From assembly GCA_963758915.1 (NCBI GenBank), contig CAVWXH010000016.1, positions 256,001-320,000 of the forward strand: a stretch of 64,000 nucleotides of DNA. Direction: 5' to 3'. The position numbers were made by a program, and so were the translations under genes. Positions 63,701 to 64,000 of the stretch are shown here, one piece after another. How positions within the stretch are numbered: position 1 is the first letter of the stretch; each line of letters begins with the position of its first letter. The DNA is from an uncultured Methanomicrobiales archaeon. GTDB taxonomy: Archaea; Halobacteriota; Methanomicrobia; Methanomicrobiales; Methanospirillaceae. Under the pieces are notes generated by a model, which saw nothing but the letters and a program-made list of their open reading frames with translations, made no database searches and was not told the origin of the DNA.

Positions 63701-64000
63701 CCTGGGAATAACCTGAATTGTTAACAAGTCAGCATTTTTTAAGATCTTCCGGTTGCCCGGGAAATATTGTTAACCCCGTGAACTATAGCGGTAGAATTTT
63801 AATATTCCTGGGAATTATGAGAATTTCATCTTTTAACGCAGTTGAAGTGACTGCACCTGGTTGACGGGAAAAACCCGCTTCTGTTTATGACGGGCTTACA
63901 AGATTTATAAATCCCGATATGGTGGTATTCATTATATCACTGACATACTGCTCTGGCGCAACCGGGATTATCTCACGGTAACTGACCCAACCCAGTACCG

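Noticed and set aside
1-64000. CRISPR arrays, rRNA, transposases, defence operons
   Set aside because: No regularly spaced repeats or recognisable genes of these kinds were seen on reading the sequence and the ORF track.

Overview
64 kb of an archaeal chromosome (about 45% GC by eye), most consistent with a Methanomicrobiales methanogen such as Methanospirillum. This is inferred from PAN, the archaellum/CheF genes, HypD and a sheath-protein-like gene. The window holds housekeeping genes (pan, purB, XPD-like helicase, ogt, mobA, carAB, argG, korAB, hypD), two tRNAs (Arg-CCG, Thr-GGT) and a ~22 kb motility cluster: parA, PAS-cheW, cheW, cheR, a HEAT-repeat protein, arlB/CDE/G/F/H/I/J, an acidic membrane protein and cheF/Y/B/A/C/D. 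The least explained structure is a family of non-coding, hairpin-rich miniature elements with at least 7 copies or fragments. They have NGCT...TGAAA-type ends, three are flanked by exact or near-exact 8-bp target duplications, and two are composites in which a second ~80-bp module is joined to the core at the same junction but in opposite orientations. Other candidates are a possible polar-targeting module for chemotaxis (ParA + HAMP/PAS-CheW + acidic FimV/HubP-like anchor), a STAS-kinase fusion, an MspA-like sheath gene, and several small Cys-rich or paralogous proteins. Six genes carry frameshifts that may be sequencing artefacts. No CRISPR array, rRNA, transposase or integrase was seen.
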